Assembly (NCBI GenBank): GCA_963663895.2
Contig: CAXXRD010000002.1
Location: forward strand, 736,001 to 800,000
From: Dehalococcoidia bacterium
GTDB taxonomy: Bacteria; Chloroflexota; Dehalococcoidia; Bin125
Length of the DNA: 64,000 nucleotides
Reading direction: 5' to 3'
Positions 30,779-39,590 of the stretch are shown one piece after another. Position 1 is the first letter of the stretch. Every line of letters starts with the position of its first letter. A model generated the notes under the pieces. That model was given only the letters and a program-made list of their open reading frames with translations. It had not been told where the DNA came from and did not search any database. A program made the position numbers and the translations under genes.

Positions 30779-30955
30779 TCGCACCCGCGGCCGTCGCGGC
30801 GGCTCGTGATCTAAATGCTAGCTGCGCGCTGCGTGTTGGTTAGGGCTCAGATCAGCTGGAAGGGCAGGCACCGCGCGAGCCGGCGGCACGACGCGACCTG
30901 CGCGCTCGTCGGCCGGATCGGGATGGAGGCACGGGACCCAAGCTTCCCCGGCTGC

Positions 30956-31234
30956 CTACTGGGGAGGCGGCTCTTCCCCGTCCTGGGTTTCGTCTTGGCC
31001 GTCCGCCCCGTCCTCGCTCTCCGGTTCACGGCATTGATCGTCCGTCCGCTCCGGATCGTCCGGGAAGAGCTGTTCGATCTCCTGACAGGCGGCTTCGGCA
31101 GCCACCCGCGACTCCGATTCACTGCCCGTCACCTCGTCATGAATCGCGAAGCCCACGACCGCCGCTAGTCCCGCGACGAGCAGGGCGGTGACGATGAAAA
31201 CCCAAAAGATGGTTGGAGTCCCGCGGTTGGCCAT
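30956..31234 (-). CDS. Small membrane-anchored hypothetical protein
   Basis: N-terminal TM helix, acidic tail with two Cys; AGGTG RBS. Confidence 0.55.
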   Translation of the reverse strand: MANRGTPTIFWVFIVTALLVAGLAAVVGFAIHDEVTGSESESRVAAEAACQEIEQLFPDDPERTDDQCREPESEDGADGQDETQDGEEPPPQ

Positions 31235-31364
31235 GGCACCTAACAGCTTCGTAGCGACCCGGCGGCGCTCGCCCAGGCGGAGCGTCGCTGCCGGGCCGTA
31301 TCTTAGCGAATGCCGCCGTTAGCTGGAATCGCGTCGCGCAACGGCGCCCTTGCCTTGTGTTCCG

Positions 31365-31916
31365 TTAGATCTGCCGCAACGCGAGGGCGTCTTCCTGCAG
31401 GAAGCCGGCCGCGATCACGGTGAGCAGCGATGCCAGCAGCCCGATGACGGCCAGCAAAACCGACCAGCGGCGCAGGCGCTGAGCGCGCGCCTGCGCTCCG
31501 GCCTCGCTCCGCTCCGCCGCCGCCTCCAACAACGCCAGGATCCGTGGTCCGGTCACGAACGAGTGCAGGGCGACGGCCAGGATCGCGACCAGGACGATGG
31601 CCATCTTCGCGCTGAAGATGTAGCCCCAGCGCACGTCGAAGATATCGCCGCCGAACGGTGCCGCGATCGCTTCCACCGCCGCCCGGCGCTCCGCCTCCAT
31701 GATCAGGCCCGTGATGACGAGTCCCGCCATCGCGGGCCAGGCGACCAGGTTGAAGCGCCGCGTGAAGCGCCGGAGCGTCGCGAGGCGCGTGCGGTCGTCG
31801 TCGATGGCGCGGAGGGCAGGCACGACCGCCGCCGCGGCCAGGAGTTGCGGCCCCACCCAGATCGTGGCGAACAGCACATGCAGGCCGGTCAGAATCGCAT
31901 CGCCGGTCACGGGCAC
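31365..31916 (-). CDS. CopD/DUF4149-like membrane protein
   Basis: LHVLFATIWVG, TG after helix, K...V...LH..V.GP pattern; 4 TM helices. Confidence 0.7.
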   Translation of the reverse strand: MPVTGDAILTGLHVLFATIWVGPQLLAAAAVVPALRAIDDDRTRLATLRRFTRRFNLVAWPAMAGLVITGLIMEAERRAAVEAIAAPFGGDIFDVRWGYIFSAKMAIVLVAILAVALHSFVTGPRILALLEAAAERSEAGAQARAQRLRRWSVLLAVIGLLASLLTVIAAGFLQEDALALRQI

Positions 31917-31935
31917 TCCTTCTAGACAGCCATGA

Positions 31936-33222
31936 CTAAAGGATCGGGCTGACGATGATCGCTTCGTTGCGCTCGGGGCCCACGCCCACGATGTCGGCGG
32001 GAGCGCCGAGCAGGCTCTCGATCCGCCGGACGTAGCTCATCGCCGCCGCTGGCAGATCCTCGAAGCGGCGGCAGCCCGTGGTCTGGCTGAGCCAGCCGGG
32101 TAGATCTTCCCACACGGGCTGCGCTGCCGCGATCGCCGCGTGGCTACTGGGGAACCGCTCGACCCGCCGTCCGCCGATTTCGTAGGCCACGCAGATCCTG
32201 ATCGTCTCGAAGGTGTCCAATACGTCGAGGCGCGTCAGGGCGATGCTGCTACAGCCGTTGAGTTCGATGGAGTACCGTCCTGCGACCGCGTCGAACCAGC
32301 CGCAGCGTCGCGGGCGGCCCGTCGTTGTGCCGTACTCCTGCCCGCACTCGCGCAGGCGGTCGCCTCCCGCCCCCCGCAGCTCGCTGGGCATGGGGCCATT
32401 CCCGACGCGCGTCTGGTACGCCTTGTAGATCCCGACGACGCGGCTCACGTCCAGGGGGCTGATCCCCACTCCCAGCGCTGCCCCGGCGGCCGTCGAGCTC
32501 GGGACGGACGAGGTGACGTAGTCGTACGTCCCCATGTCGAGGTCGAGCAGGCTGCCCTGCGCGCCCTCAAGCACGATCCGATCGCCCCGGCCGATCGCCT
32601 CCTGGCAGATGTGGCTCGTGTCCGTGACATAGGGCTCGAGCCGCGCCCAGTGCTCCCGGTAGCGCGCGAAGATGTCGTCGAAGTCCAGAGGAGCGCGGTT
32701 GTAGAGCTGCGTGAGGACGCGGTTCTTGTACCCGAGGACGAAGCGGAGCCGCTCCGCGAAGCTGGTGGCGTCGGCCAGGTCGGACAGGCGCAGGCCCATC
32801 CGTGCGACTTTGTCGATGAAGGCGGGACCGACGCCCTTGCCCGTCGTTCCCACCGCGTGCGCCCCCCGGAGCTCCTCATCCGCCGCGTCGATGATGGGGT
32901 GCCAGGGCATGACGACCTGCGCGCGATCCGAGACGAACAGCCGCTGCGTGTTGACGCCCCGCTCTTCAAGCATCTCGATTTCGTGAATCAGCTCGGCCGG
33001 ATCAACGACCACGCCGTTGCCGATCACGCAGATCATCTCCGAAAAGATGCCCGCCGGCACGAGGTGCAGGGCGAACTTCCCGAGGTCGTTCACGACCGTA
33101 TGCCCCGCGTTATGCCCCGCGGAGTAGCGAGCGATGATCTGCGCCTTGCGAGCGATCAGATCGACGATCCGGCCTTTACCTTCGTCGCCCCACTGCCCGC
33201 CGATAACGACAACCGCCGGCAT
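31936..33222 (-). CDS. purA: Adenylosuccinate synthetase
   Basis: GQWGDEGKG, NAGHT, GTTGKGVGP, EGAQG, TRVG.GP, EYGTTTGRPRRCGW. Confidence 0.97.
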   Translation of the reverse strand: MPAVVVIGGQWGDEGKGRIVDLIARKAQIIARYSAGHNAGHTVVNDLGKFALHLVPAGIFSEMICVIGNGVVVDPAELIHEIEMLEERGVNTQRLFVSDRAQVVMPWHPIIDAADEELRGAHAVGTTGKGVGPAFIDKVARMGLRLSDLADATSFAERLRFVLGYKNRVLTQLYNRAPLDFDDIFARYREHWARLEPYVTDTSHICQEAIGRGDRIVLEGAQGSLLDLDMGTYDYVTSSVPSSTAAGAALGVGISPLDVSRVVGIYKAYQTRVGNGPMPSELRGAGGDRLRECGQEYGTTTGRPRRCGWFDAVAGRYSIELNGCSSIALTRLDVLDTFETIRICVAYEIGGRRVERFPSSHAAIAAAQPVWEDLPGWLSQTTGCRRFEDLPAAAMSYVRRIESLLGAPADIVGVGPERNEAIIVSPIL

Positions 33223-33264
33223 TTATGCCGTTCCCGTCAGGCACGCACGCGCGAACGGGCGTGC

Positions 33265-33292
33265 TCCCGCGTTAAAAACCCGCGGGATTGTA
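33265..33292 (-). promoter_or_regulatory. purA -10 box (TACAAT) overlapped by the palindrome TCCCGCG-N9-CGCGGGA
   Basis: Seen directly at 33265-33287 (palindrome) and 33287-33292 (-10 on the minus strand). Confidence 0.5.
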
Positions 33293-33368
33293 GCACGCAT
33301 CCCGTGCGATCCCGGTTGATGAAGCGCGTTAGCGGATAAACTAGGCTGCAGCGATCCCCAGCGTACGA

Positions 33369-35369
33369 GTGGAGAGGCGTGTGGAGTCCGAGATCGATTT
33401 CGCGCCCCTGCTGCTGGTATCGGCCCTCGCATTTTTGATCCCCTTGGCTACGCACCGACTCAGTGGCGGGACGCTCCCTTCCGTTGTCGGCGAGATCGGC
33501 GCCGGGATCATCTTTGGGCAGACGCTTCTCGGCGTCATCGAACCGAATGTCTGGCTGGAGTTCCTCTCCCTCTTCGGATTCGCGTACCTGATGTTCCTCT
33601 CCGGGCTGGAGGTCGACGTCGGCCTGCTGACGCGGCCGCTGGGCGGCGCTTGGTACAAGCCGATCGCTGTATTGAAGCATCCGCTGGTTGCTGGTACCGG
33701 CTTGCTCGCTCTCATCCTCGCGGCGACCGCCCTCGTTCTCTGGGGCCTGAACGAGTGGGACAAGATCGACGACTTTGCGCTGCTGCTCTTCGTGCTGAGC
33801 GCCACGTCGGTCGGCGTGATGGTGCCGGTGCTGAAGCTGCGCCAAGAGTCGGGCGCGTACGGGCAAACGCTCTTAGTGGCGGGCTTCTTGGTGGAGTTCG
33901 TCGCCATCGTCGCGATCGGCATCATCGTCGCGATCGACCGCGAGGGTCTCGGCTTGGAGGCGGCGCTGCTGCTGGCGCTGCCGGGCGCCTTCGCCGCCCT
34001 GCTGCTGCTCGCGCGGCAGAGCCACCGCCGCATTCCGCAGCTCGTGGCGCTGTTGACTGAGTTGGCGCACGCCTCGTCGCAGATCCAGATTCGCGGCGCG
34101 CTGGCCCTGCTCGTCGTGTTCGTGGTCCTGTCGCAGGTGGTCGGGACGGAGTTGGTGCTGGGTGCGTTCTTCGCCGGTCTGGCGCTCACGATCCTTACGC
34201 CGCGGCACGGATCGTCGATGCGGGTGAAACTCGACGCGCTGGGCTACGGCTTTTTCATTCCCGTGTTCTTCATCACTGCTGGCGCGACGATCGACCTCGA
34301 AGCGGTAACGCGAGCCGGATCCAGCGCCATTTTGATCCCCGCCTTTCTCGGCGCCGGCATAGCCGTCAAGGTGTTGCCGGCGCTCCTCACGCTCTCGCCC
34401 GGATTCGGACTGCGGCGCGCCTTGGCCGGCGGCATGCTCCTGACCGCCAACCTCAGCATCATTTTGGCTGCCACGACGGTCGCGGTGGAGACGGAGCGCA
34501 TCGACGAGGGCACCAGCGCCGCCCTCTTGATCCTCGCGATCGTGAGCACCGGCCTGGCGCCGATCGCGTTCAACTTCCTCTTCCCCACGGCGCGCGCGGA
34601 GAAGCTCAGCCGCGCCATCGTCGTGGGGGCTGGGGCAACCGGCGGCGAGATGGCGCGCCGGCTCTTCCACAGCGGGTTGGCGGTCACCGTGATCGATATC
34701 GCCGCTGAGGCGCTGGCTCCTCTCGCCGCGATCGGCTGCGAGACGGTGGCGGGCGACGCCCGCAACCCTTCCACCATTGGCCGCGCCGCGCCGCGCTACG
34801 CGGAGTTGGCGGTGATCGCAACCAGCAACCCCGATCTTGCCTATGACTCCGCGCTCGCGCTGCGGCAATACAACGCCGATCTGCGGATCGTCACGCTGGT
34901 ACGGGATCCGGACCCGCGACTGGAGTCGTTGGACGTCGAAGTCCATCGGCTGGGGACGGCCGCCGCGGTGGCGCTGGAGGGCGCGGTTCTGCGGCCCAGC
35001 CTGTTCTTCGCGTTGGGCGGCGGGTCGTACGGCGCGCTGGAGGAAGTGGTCCTGCGCGATCCGGGGCTGGCCGAGCGGCCGCTGTTCGATCTCGATTTAC
35101 CCGGCAGCGTGCGCGTGATCCTCATCCTGCGCGATGGCTCCTTGATCATCCCCGAGGGTGACTCCGAGCTGCGCTTGGAAGATCGCGTGACGCTGGGCGG
35201 CGAGCCCGCTGCGGTCCGCGAGGCGTATCGGATGTTCAGCGGCCGGGATCTGGAATCCTCCCGCCGCGCCGCCGCCGGGCTCACGGACGCCCCCCCGCCG
35301 GTTGCCCGGACCGTCCCTGATTCAGCGATCGAGCGTGTGGAGAGCGAAGCCAACCACCGCCAGCACTAG
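33369..35369 (+). CDS. CPA2 cation:proton antiporter with TrkA-N and TrkA-C (RCK) domains
   Basis: GEI.AGII.G, MFLSGLE.D, LGAF.AG, GYGFFIPVFFI..G, GAGATG Rossmann, C-terminal IIPEGD. Confidence 0.9.
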   Translation: MERRVESEIDFAPLLLVSALAFLIPLATHRLSGGTLPSVVGEIGAGIIFGQTLLGVIEPNVWLEFLSLFGFAYLMFLSGLEVDVGLLTRPLGGAWYKPIAVLKHPLVAGTGLLALILAATALVLWGLNEWDKIDDFALLLFVLSATSVGVMVPVLKLRQESGAYGQTLLVAGFLVEFVAIVAIGIIVAIDREGLGLEAALLLALPGAFAALLLLARQSHRRIPQLVALLTELAHASSQIQIRGALALLVVFVVLSQVVGTELVLGAFFAGLALTILTPRHGSSMRVKLDALGYGFFIPVFFITAGATIDLEAVTRAGSSAILIPAFLGAGIAVKVLPALLTLSPGFGLRRALAGGMLLTANLSIILAATTVAVETERIDEGTSAALLILAIVSTGLAPIAFNFLFPTARAEKLSRAIVVGAGATGGEMARRLFHSGLAVTVIDIAAEALAPLAAIGCETVAGDARNPSTIGRAAPRYAELAVIATSNPDLAYDSALALRQYNADLRIVTLVRDPDPRLESLDVEVHRLGTAAAVALEGAVLRPSLFFALGGGSYGALEEVVLRDPGLAERPLFDLDLPGSVRVILILRDGSLIIPEGDSELRLEDRVTLGGEPAAVREAYRMFSGRDLESSRRAAAGLTDAPPPVARTVPDSAIERVESEANHRQH

Positions 35370-36154
35370 CGCCCCTGGAACCTCGGCTCGCGCTTCTCGA
35401 TGAAAGCGGTGAGGCCCTCTTGCCAGTCTTCGGTTTGGGACAAGGGCTGCCCCAAGTGCTCCTCCAGCGCCAGGCCGTGGGCCAGTGGCATGTCGAGGCC
35501 GCGCAGCATCGCCTCCTTCGCCGCGCGCACCGCGAGCGGACCGCGCGCGCCGACTGTGCGGGCCATCTGCATTGCCGCGGGCATCAGATCGTCGTGCGGC
35601 ACGACACGGTTGATTAGCCCGACGCGATGGGCTTCCCGTGCATCGATCGGCTCGCCGGTCAGCAGCATCTCGTTGGCGATGGCGCTGGAGATCGCGCGGG
35701 GCAGGCGCTGCGACCCGCCCGCGCCCGTGAAGACACCGAGCTTGACTTCGGGCACGCCGAAGCGGGCGCGCTCCGAGGCGATGCGGATATCGCAGCAGAG
35801 CGCCAGCTCAAGGCCGCCTCCCAACGCGTAGCCGTTGATCGCGGCGATGATCGGCTTGAACACCGGTTCGCCCCGGGCCATGCCGAACATGGGGATCCCT
35901 TGGTGATGCGGACCGCCGTCGCCTTCGCTGTGGCGCGCGATCAGGTCGGCGCCGGCTGAGAAGGCGCGGTCGCCGGCACCCGTCAGCACCGCGACCCAGA
36001 GGTCATCGTTGAGGCGGAAGTCGCGCCACACGTCGAAGAGCTCGCGCGACGTCTGATTGCTGATCGCATTGAGTCGCTCCTGCCGGTCGATCGTGACGAT
36101 GGCGATATGCTCATCGCGCTCGTAGCGCACCTGTTCCAGCGTGAGTTCGGCCAT
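35366..36154 (-). CDS. Enoyl-CoA hydratase/isomerase (crotonase) family protein
   Basis: AFSAGADL, KPIIAAINGYALGGGLELAL.CDIR, PEVKLG, GGSQRLPR. Confidence 0.92.
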   Translation of the reverse strand: MAELTLEQVRYERDEHIAIVTIDRQERLNAISNQTSRELFDVWRDFRLNDDLWVAVLTGAGDRAFSAGADLIARHSEGDGGPHHQGIPMFGMARGEPVFKPIIAAINGYALGGGLELALCCDIRIASERARFGVPEVKLGVFTGAGGSQRLPRAISSAIANEMLLTGEPIDAREAHRVGLINRVVPHDDLMPAAMQMARTVGARGPLAVRAAKEAMLRGLDMPLAHGLALEEHLGQPLSQTEDWQEGLTAFIEKREPRFQGR

Positions 36155-36731
36155 GTTCGCGCCTTTCATCGGTGATCGGGCGAGCGCGAGACTAGCATGG
36201 GCGAATGGACGGTTCGTTCGCCTTGCCGGATCCCCCAGCGGCCGCCTGCTAGAGGTCAAGGAACGACTGCAAGGGGCGCCGCTGCGATTCTCGATCGAGC
36301 GCTGGTTGGTGACGGAGTCACTCGCGGTGGGGCGGTGGTTTGCCTCGGACGATCGCTACGTGGCCGCGGGCACCAGCTCCTGGGGTTGCTGGTGGCGCGG
36401 GCGGCCCTACGGCGCCTACCGCATCCACCGACCAGACGGCTCGCTGCGCAGCTACCGGATCGATGTGGTGGAAGCGGTCCGGATCACCGCCGACGTTGTG
36501 CGCTATCGAGACTTGCTTCTCGATGCCTGGATTTTGCCGTCCGGTGCGCTCCGCCTGGAGGACGAAGACGAAGTGGCCGCTGCTTTGGATGCGGGCGTGC
36601 TCTCCCCGGCGCAGCAGCGGCGCATCTGCCGCACCAAGGCGCTGATTGAGCGGCGAACGGGCGAGCTTACCCGTCGGATCGATGCGACGATCGCGGAGGC
36701 GGTAGCCCGAGTCCGGCGGGCCGAAGCCTAA
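36141..36731 (+). CDS. DUF402 (FomD-like) protein; start uncertain, possible frameshift near the 5' end
   Basis: YRID, YRDLLLD.WI.P.G...LEDEDEV motif. Confidence 0.65.
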   Translation: MSSAMFAPFIGDRASARLAWANGRFVRLAGSPSGRLLEVKERLQGAPLRFSIERWLVTESLAVGRWFASDDRYVAAGTSSWGCWWRGRPYGAYRIHRPDGSLRSYRIDVVEAVRITADVVRYRDLLLDAWILPSGALRLEDEDEVAAALDAGVLSPAQQRRICRTKALIERRTGELTRRIDATIAEAVARVRRAEA

Positions 36732-37195
36732 GCGGTTGGCCGCTTCGGGATCATGGCTTGGCGGGTGAACGCGATCACGGTTTCGTCGCGCTGGTTGATC
36801 CCCTGTGTTCGCACGGTGACGATCCCGCGATCCGGCTGCGACCGCGATTCGCGGACATCCAACACCTCAGTCACAGCGTAGATCGTATCGCCGTGAAAGA
36901 CGGGCTTGCTGTGCACCATGTCCGTGGTGCTGAGGTTCGCGATCGCCTTGCCGCTGATCACCGGCACGGTCATGCCGATCACCAGGCTGAAGACGAACGG
37001 CCCCGGAACCACCCGCTGCCCGAACTGCGTTGCCGCCGCGTACTGTGCGTCGGAGTGCAGCGGGTGGTGGTTCATCGTCAGCATGCTGAACAGCACGTCG
37101 TCCGCTTCGGTGACCGTCCGTCCGGGCCAATGCTTGATCACCTCACCGACGGTGAACTCTTCGAGATAGCGGCCGAACTGCTCTCGGGTTGGCAT
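36728..37195 (-). CDS. MaoC family (R)-specific dehydratase
   Basis: GRYLEEF.VG..I.H.PGRTVTE.D, NHHPLH.D, PVFHGDT. Confidence 0.9.
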   Translation of the reverse strand: MPTREQFGRYLEEFTVGEVIKHWPGRTVTEADDVLFSMLTMNHHPLHSDAQYAAATQFGQRVVPGPFVFSLVIGMTVPVISGKAIANLSTTDMVHSKPVFHGDTIYAVTEVLDVRESRSQPDRGIVTVRTQGINQRDETVIAFTRQAMIPKRPTA

Positions 37196-37219
37196 GGCGC
37201 TGCTGGTCGTCGACTGTGG

Positions 37220-38407
37220 CTATCCGGCTGCGTAGAGTTCCAGCAGGCGGCGCGCGATGACGATCTTCTGGATCTCGCTGGTGCCTTCACCGACCAACAT
37301 GAGGGGCGCATCGCGGTAGTAGCGCTCGATGCTGAGCTCTTCCGTGTAGCCGATGCCCCCGTGGATCCGCATGGCTTCCAGCGAGCACTCGGCCGCCACC
37401 TCCGACGCGAAGAGCTTGGCCATTCCCGCCTCCAGGTCGGTGCGCGCGCCCGTATCTTTCTTTCGGGCCGCTTCCATCGTGAGCAGGCGGGCAGCCCGAA
37501 TTTTGGTTGCCATTTCCGCCAGCTTGAGCTGAATCGCCTGGTGCCGCGCGATCGGCTGGCCCATCGTCTCGCGCTTCTGTGCGTACGCGATCGCCGCGTC
37601 GAACGCCGCCTGGGCTACGCCGACGCCGCGGGCCGCCACGTTGATCCGCCCGATCTCCAGCCCCGCGATCAGCTGTTTGAAACCAAAGCCTTCCTTGCCG
37701 CCCAACAGGTTCGCCGCCGGCACGCGCGCGTCTGCGAAGAACAGTTCGCCGGTCTGGGCGCCTTTGTAGCCGAGCTTGGCGATCATGCGGCCGATCGTGA
37801 AGCCCGGCGTGTCCCGCTCCACGATGAAAGCGCTGATGCCGCGATGGCGGGGCTCGGCCAGCGGATCCGTTTTCGCCAGCGCCAGGTAGACGCCGCCGCG
37901 GTCGGCATTCGTGACGAACAGCTTGTTGCCGTTGAGGACGTAGTCGTCGCCGTCACGCGTCGCGGTCGTGCGGATTCCCTGCACGTCGGAGCCCGCGTTG
38001 GGCTCGGTCACGCAGAAGCAAGCCTGTGTCTCGCCGCTGACGATCCCCGGGAGGTAGCGCTCTCGCTGGTACGCCGTGCCGAAATTCTGGATCGCCCAGG
38101 CGTCGATCACGTTGGTATTGATCATCCCCGCCAAGCTCATCCAGCCGCGTGAGATCTCCTCCATCACCGCCGCGTAGGTCTGGAACGTGAGACCCAAGCC
38201 GCCGTATTCCTCGGGGAAGACCATGGCGAAGAGACCCATGTCGAGCATGTCTTGGTGCAACGCGACGGGGAACGTGTTGGCGTGCTCATACTCGTCCGCC
38301 GTCGGGATCACCTTGTCGTCCACCCAGCGGCGCACGCTCCGTACGATGTCGATGCCGACCTCGCCGTCGCCGGCCAGGATCTCGCGGACGTCCGTAGCGA
38401 CGCTCAT
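37220..38407 (-). CDS. Acyl-CoA dehydrogenase
   Basis: PEEYGG, TEPNAGSD, LNGNKLFVTN, KLGYKG, GRINVAA, IHGG.GY, EGTSEIQ. Confidence 0.93.
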   Translation of the reverse strand: MSVATDVREILAGDGEVGIDIVRSVRRWVDDKVIPTADEYEHANTFPVALHQDMLDMGLFAMVFPEEYGGLGLTFQTYAAVMEEISRGWMSLAGMINTNVIDAWAIQNFGTAYQRERYLPGIVSGETQACFCVTEPNAGSDVQGIRTTATRDGDDYVLNGNKLFVTNADRGGVYLALAKTDPLAEPRHRGISAFIVERDTPGFTIGRMIAKLGYKGAQTGELFFADARVPAANLLGGKEGFGFKQLIAGLEIGRINVAARGVGVAQAAFDAAIAYAQKRETMGQPIARHQAIQLKLAEMATKIRAARLLTMEAARKKDTGARTDLEAGMAKLFASEVAAECSLEAMRIHGGIGYTEELSIERYYRDAPLMLVGEGTSEIQKIVIARRLLELYAAG

Positions 38408-38420
38408 CGCTTGCTTCCCC

Positions 38421-39290
38421 TCATCGCAACGCGGCCTCCTGCTCTTCCACTTGCTGTTGCCACTCGAGCAGTTCGTGCGCGCGCAACACGATCGGCCGGT
38501 CGATCATCTGCCCGTCCAGCGCGACGGCCCCGTGCCCTTGGCGCTCGCCCTCCTCGTACGCGTCCACGACCTGCTTGGCCCAAGTGAGTTCCTCGGGACT
38601 CGGCGCGAACACGCGGTTCGCGATCTCCACCTGTGTGGGGTGAATACAGAATTTGCCCTTGAAGCCGAGCCCGCGGGCATGGGTGATATCGTGCTCAAAG
38701 TGCTCCAGATCGCGGAAGTCCGCCTCGGGCACGTCGATGGGGACGAGATCGGCGGCGCGGGCGGCGATGGCGACCTGCGCGCGCGGATACTCCATCTCAA
38801 CCCCCCCGCGCGTGCGGCGCACGCCCAAGCTCGTTACAAAGTCCTCGCCGCCCAGCGCGGCGCCGATCAGCCGCGGCGAGGCGTGACAGATCTCGTAGGC
38901 ATGCGAGAGGCCCGTGGTCGTCTCGATCCAAGGGATGACGGTGATTTGGCCCGCTGGCATGCCGCGCACCTTCTCCAAGTAGGTCAGGTAATGATCGAGT
39001 TGCCGGATGTCATCCGCACCGTCGGCCTTTGGCAGGTTGATCCCGTTGAGCCACGGGCCGACGATTGCCTCCAGGTCCAGCTCCGCATGCGGCGTGCTCA
39101 GCCCGTTGATCCGGACGTAGATCAGGCGGCCCTTGGCCGGAAAGTCGCGGATCGCCTCGGCGACCATCTCGCGCGCCTTGCCCTTCTCCGCCTCGGCCAC
39201 CGAGTCCTCAAGGTCGAAATTGAGGATGTCGGCCGGAACCGTGCGCGCGCGCTCAATGAAGCGCGCGCGCACCCCTGGGACCGACAACAT
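38421..39290 (-). CDS. CitE/malyl-CoA lyase-like CoA ester lyase (HpcH/HpaI family)
   Basis: FDLEDSV, VRIN, LPK, IET..G, GGED, GF.GK.CIHP.Q, GQMID.P. Confidence 0.9.
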   Translation of the reverse strand: MLSVPGVRARFIERARTVPADILNFDLEDSVAEAEKGKAREMVAEAIRDFPAKGRLIYVRINGLSTPHAELDLEAIVGPWLNGINLPKADGADDIRQLDHYLTYLEKVRGMPAGQITVIPWIETTTGLSHAYEICHASPRLIGAALGGEDFVTSLGVRRTRGGVEMEYPRAQVAIAARAADLVPIDVPEADFRDLEHFEHDITHARGLGFKGKFCIHPTQVEIANRVFAPSPEELTWAKQVVDAYEEGERQGHGAVALDGQMIDRPIVLRAHELLEWQQQVEEQEAALR

Positions 39291-39403
39291 GCTGCGGATG
39301 ATTCGTGTAGCCGCTGCTCGACTCCTTCGAAGGCTGGGGCGGAAGAATCCGTAGTCTAGCGATTCGCACGCGCAATGCTACGGGGGGATGTAGTCACTAG
39401 GAC

Positions 39404-39551
39404 GGGTGCGACGGATTCGGGGCACCGGACTGCGCCCCGCGGGCAGCGCCAGCCAAGCCGGCCGGGGCGGCTCCTTGCGTTCGAGGCCGGCTCCGCCGCT
39501 GGCAGCGCTGCACATCGATCCCAATATGGGGTGAACCCTCCGTCGTCGCTC
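39404..39551. ncRNA. Candidate structured ncRNA (6S-like rod)
   Basis: Nested complementary arms CGACGGA/TCCGTCG, GCAGCGC/GCGCTGC, CCAGC/GCTGG, AGCCGGCC/GGCCGGCT flanking a central bubble in a ~300-nt intergenic gap. Confidence 0.45.
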
Positions 39552-39590
39552 GGCCGTCGCGCTGGGGACCGTCCGTATCGGGGCGCCGGA

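Noticed and set aside
30779-30955. Intergenic gap after dapA and overlapping small ORFs
   Set aside because: No convincing RNA structure, tRNA or coding signal
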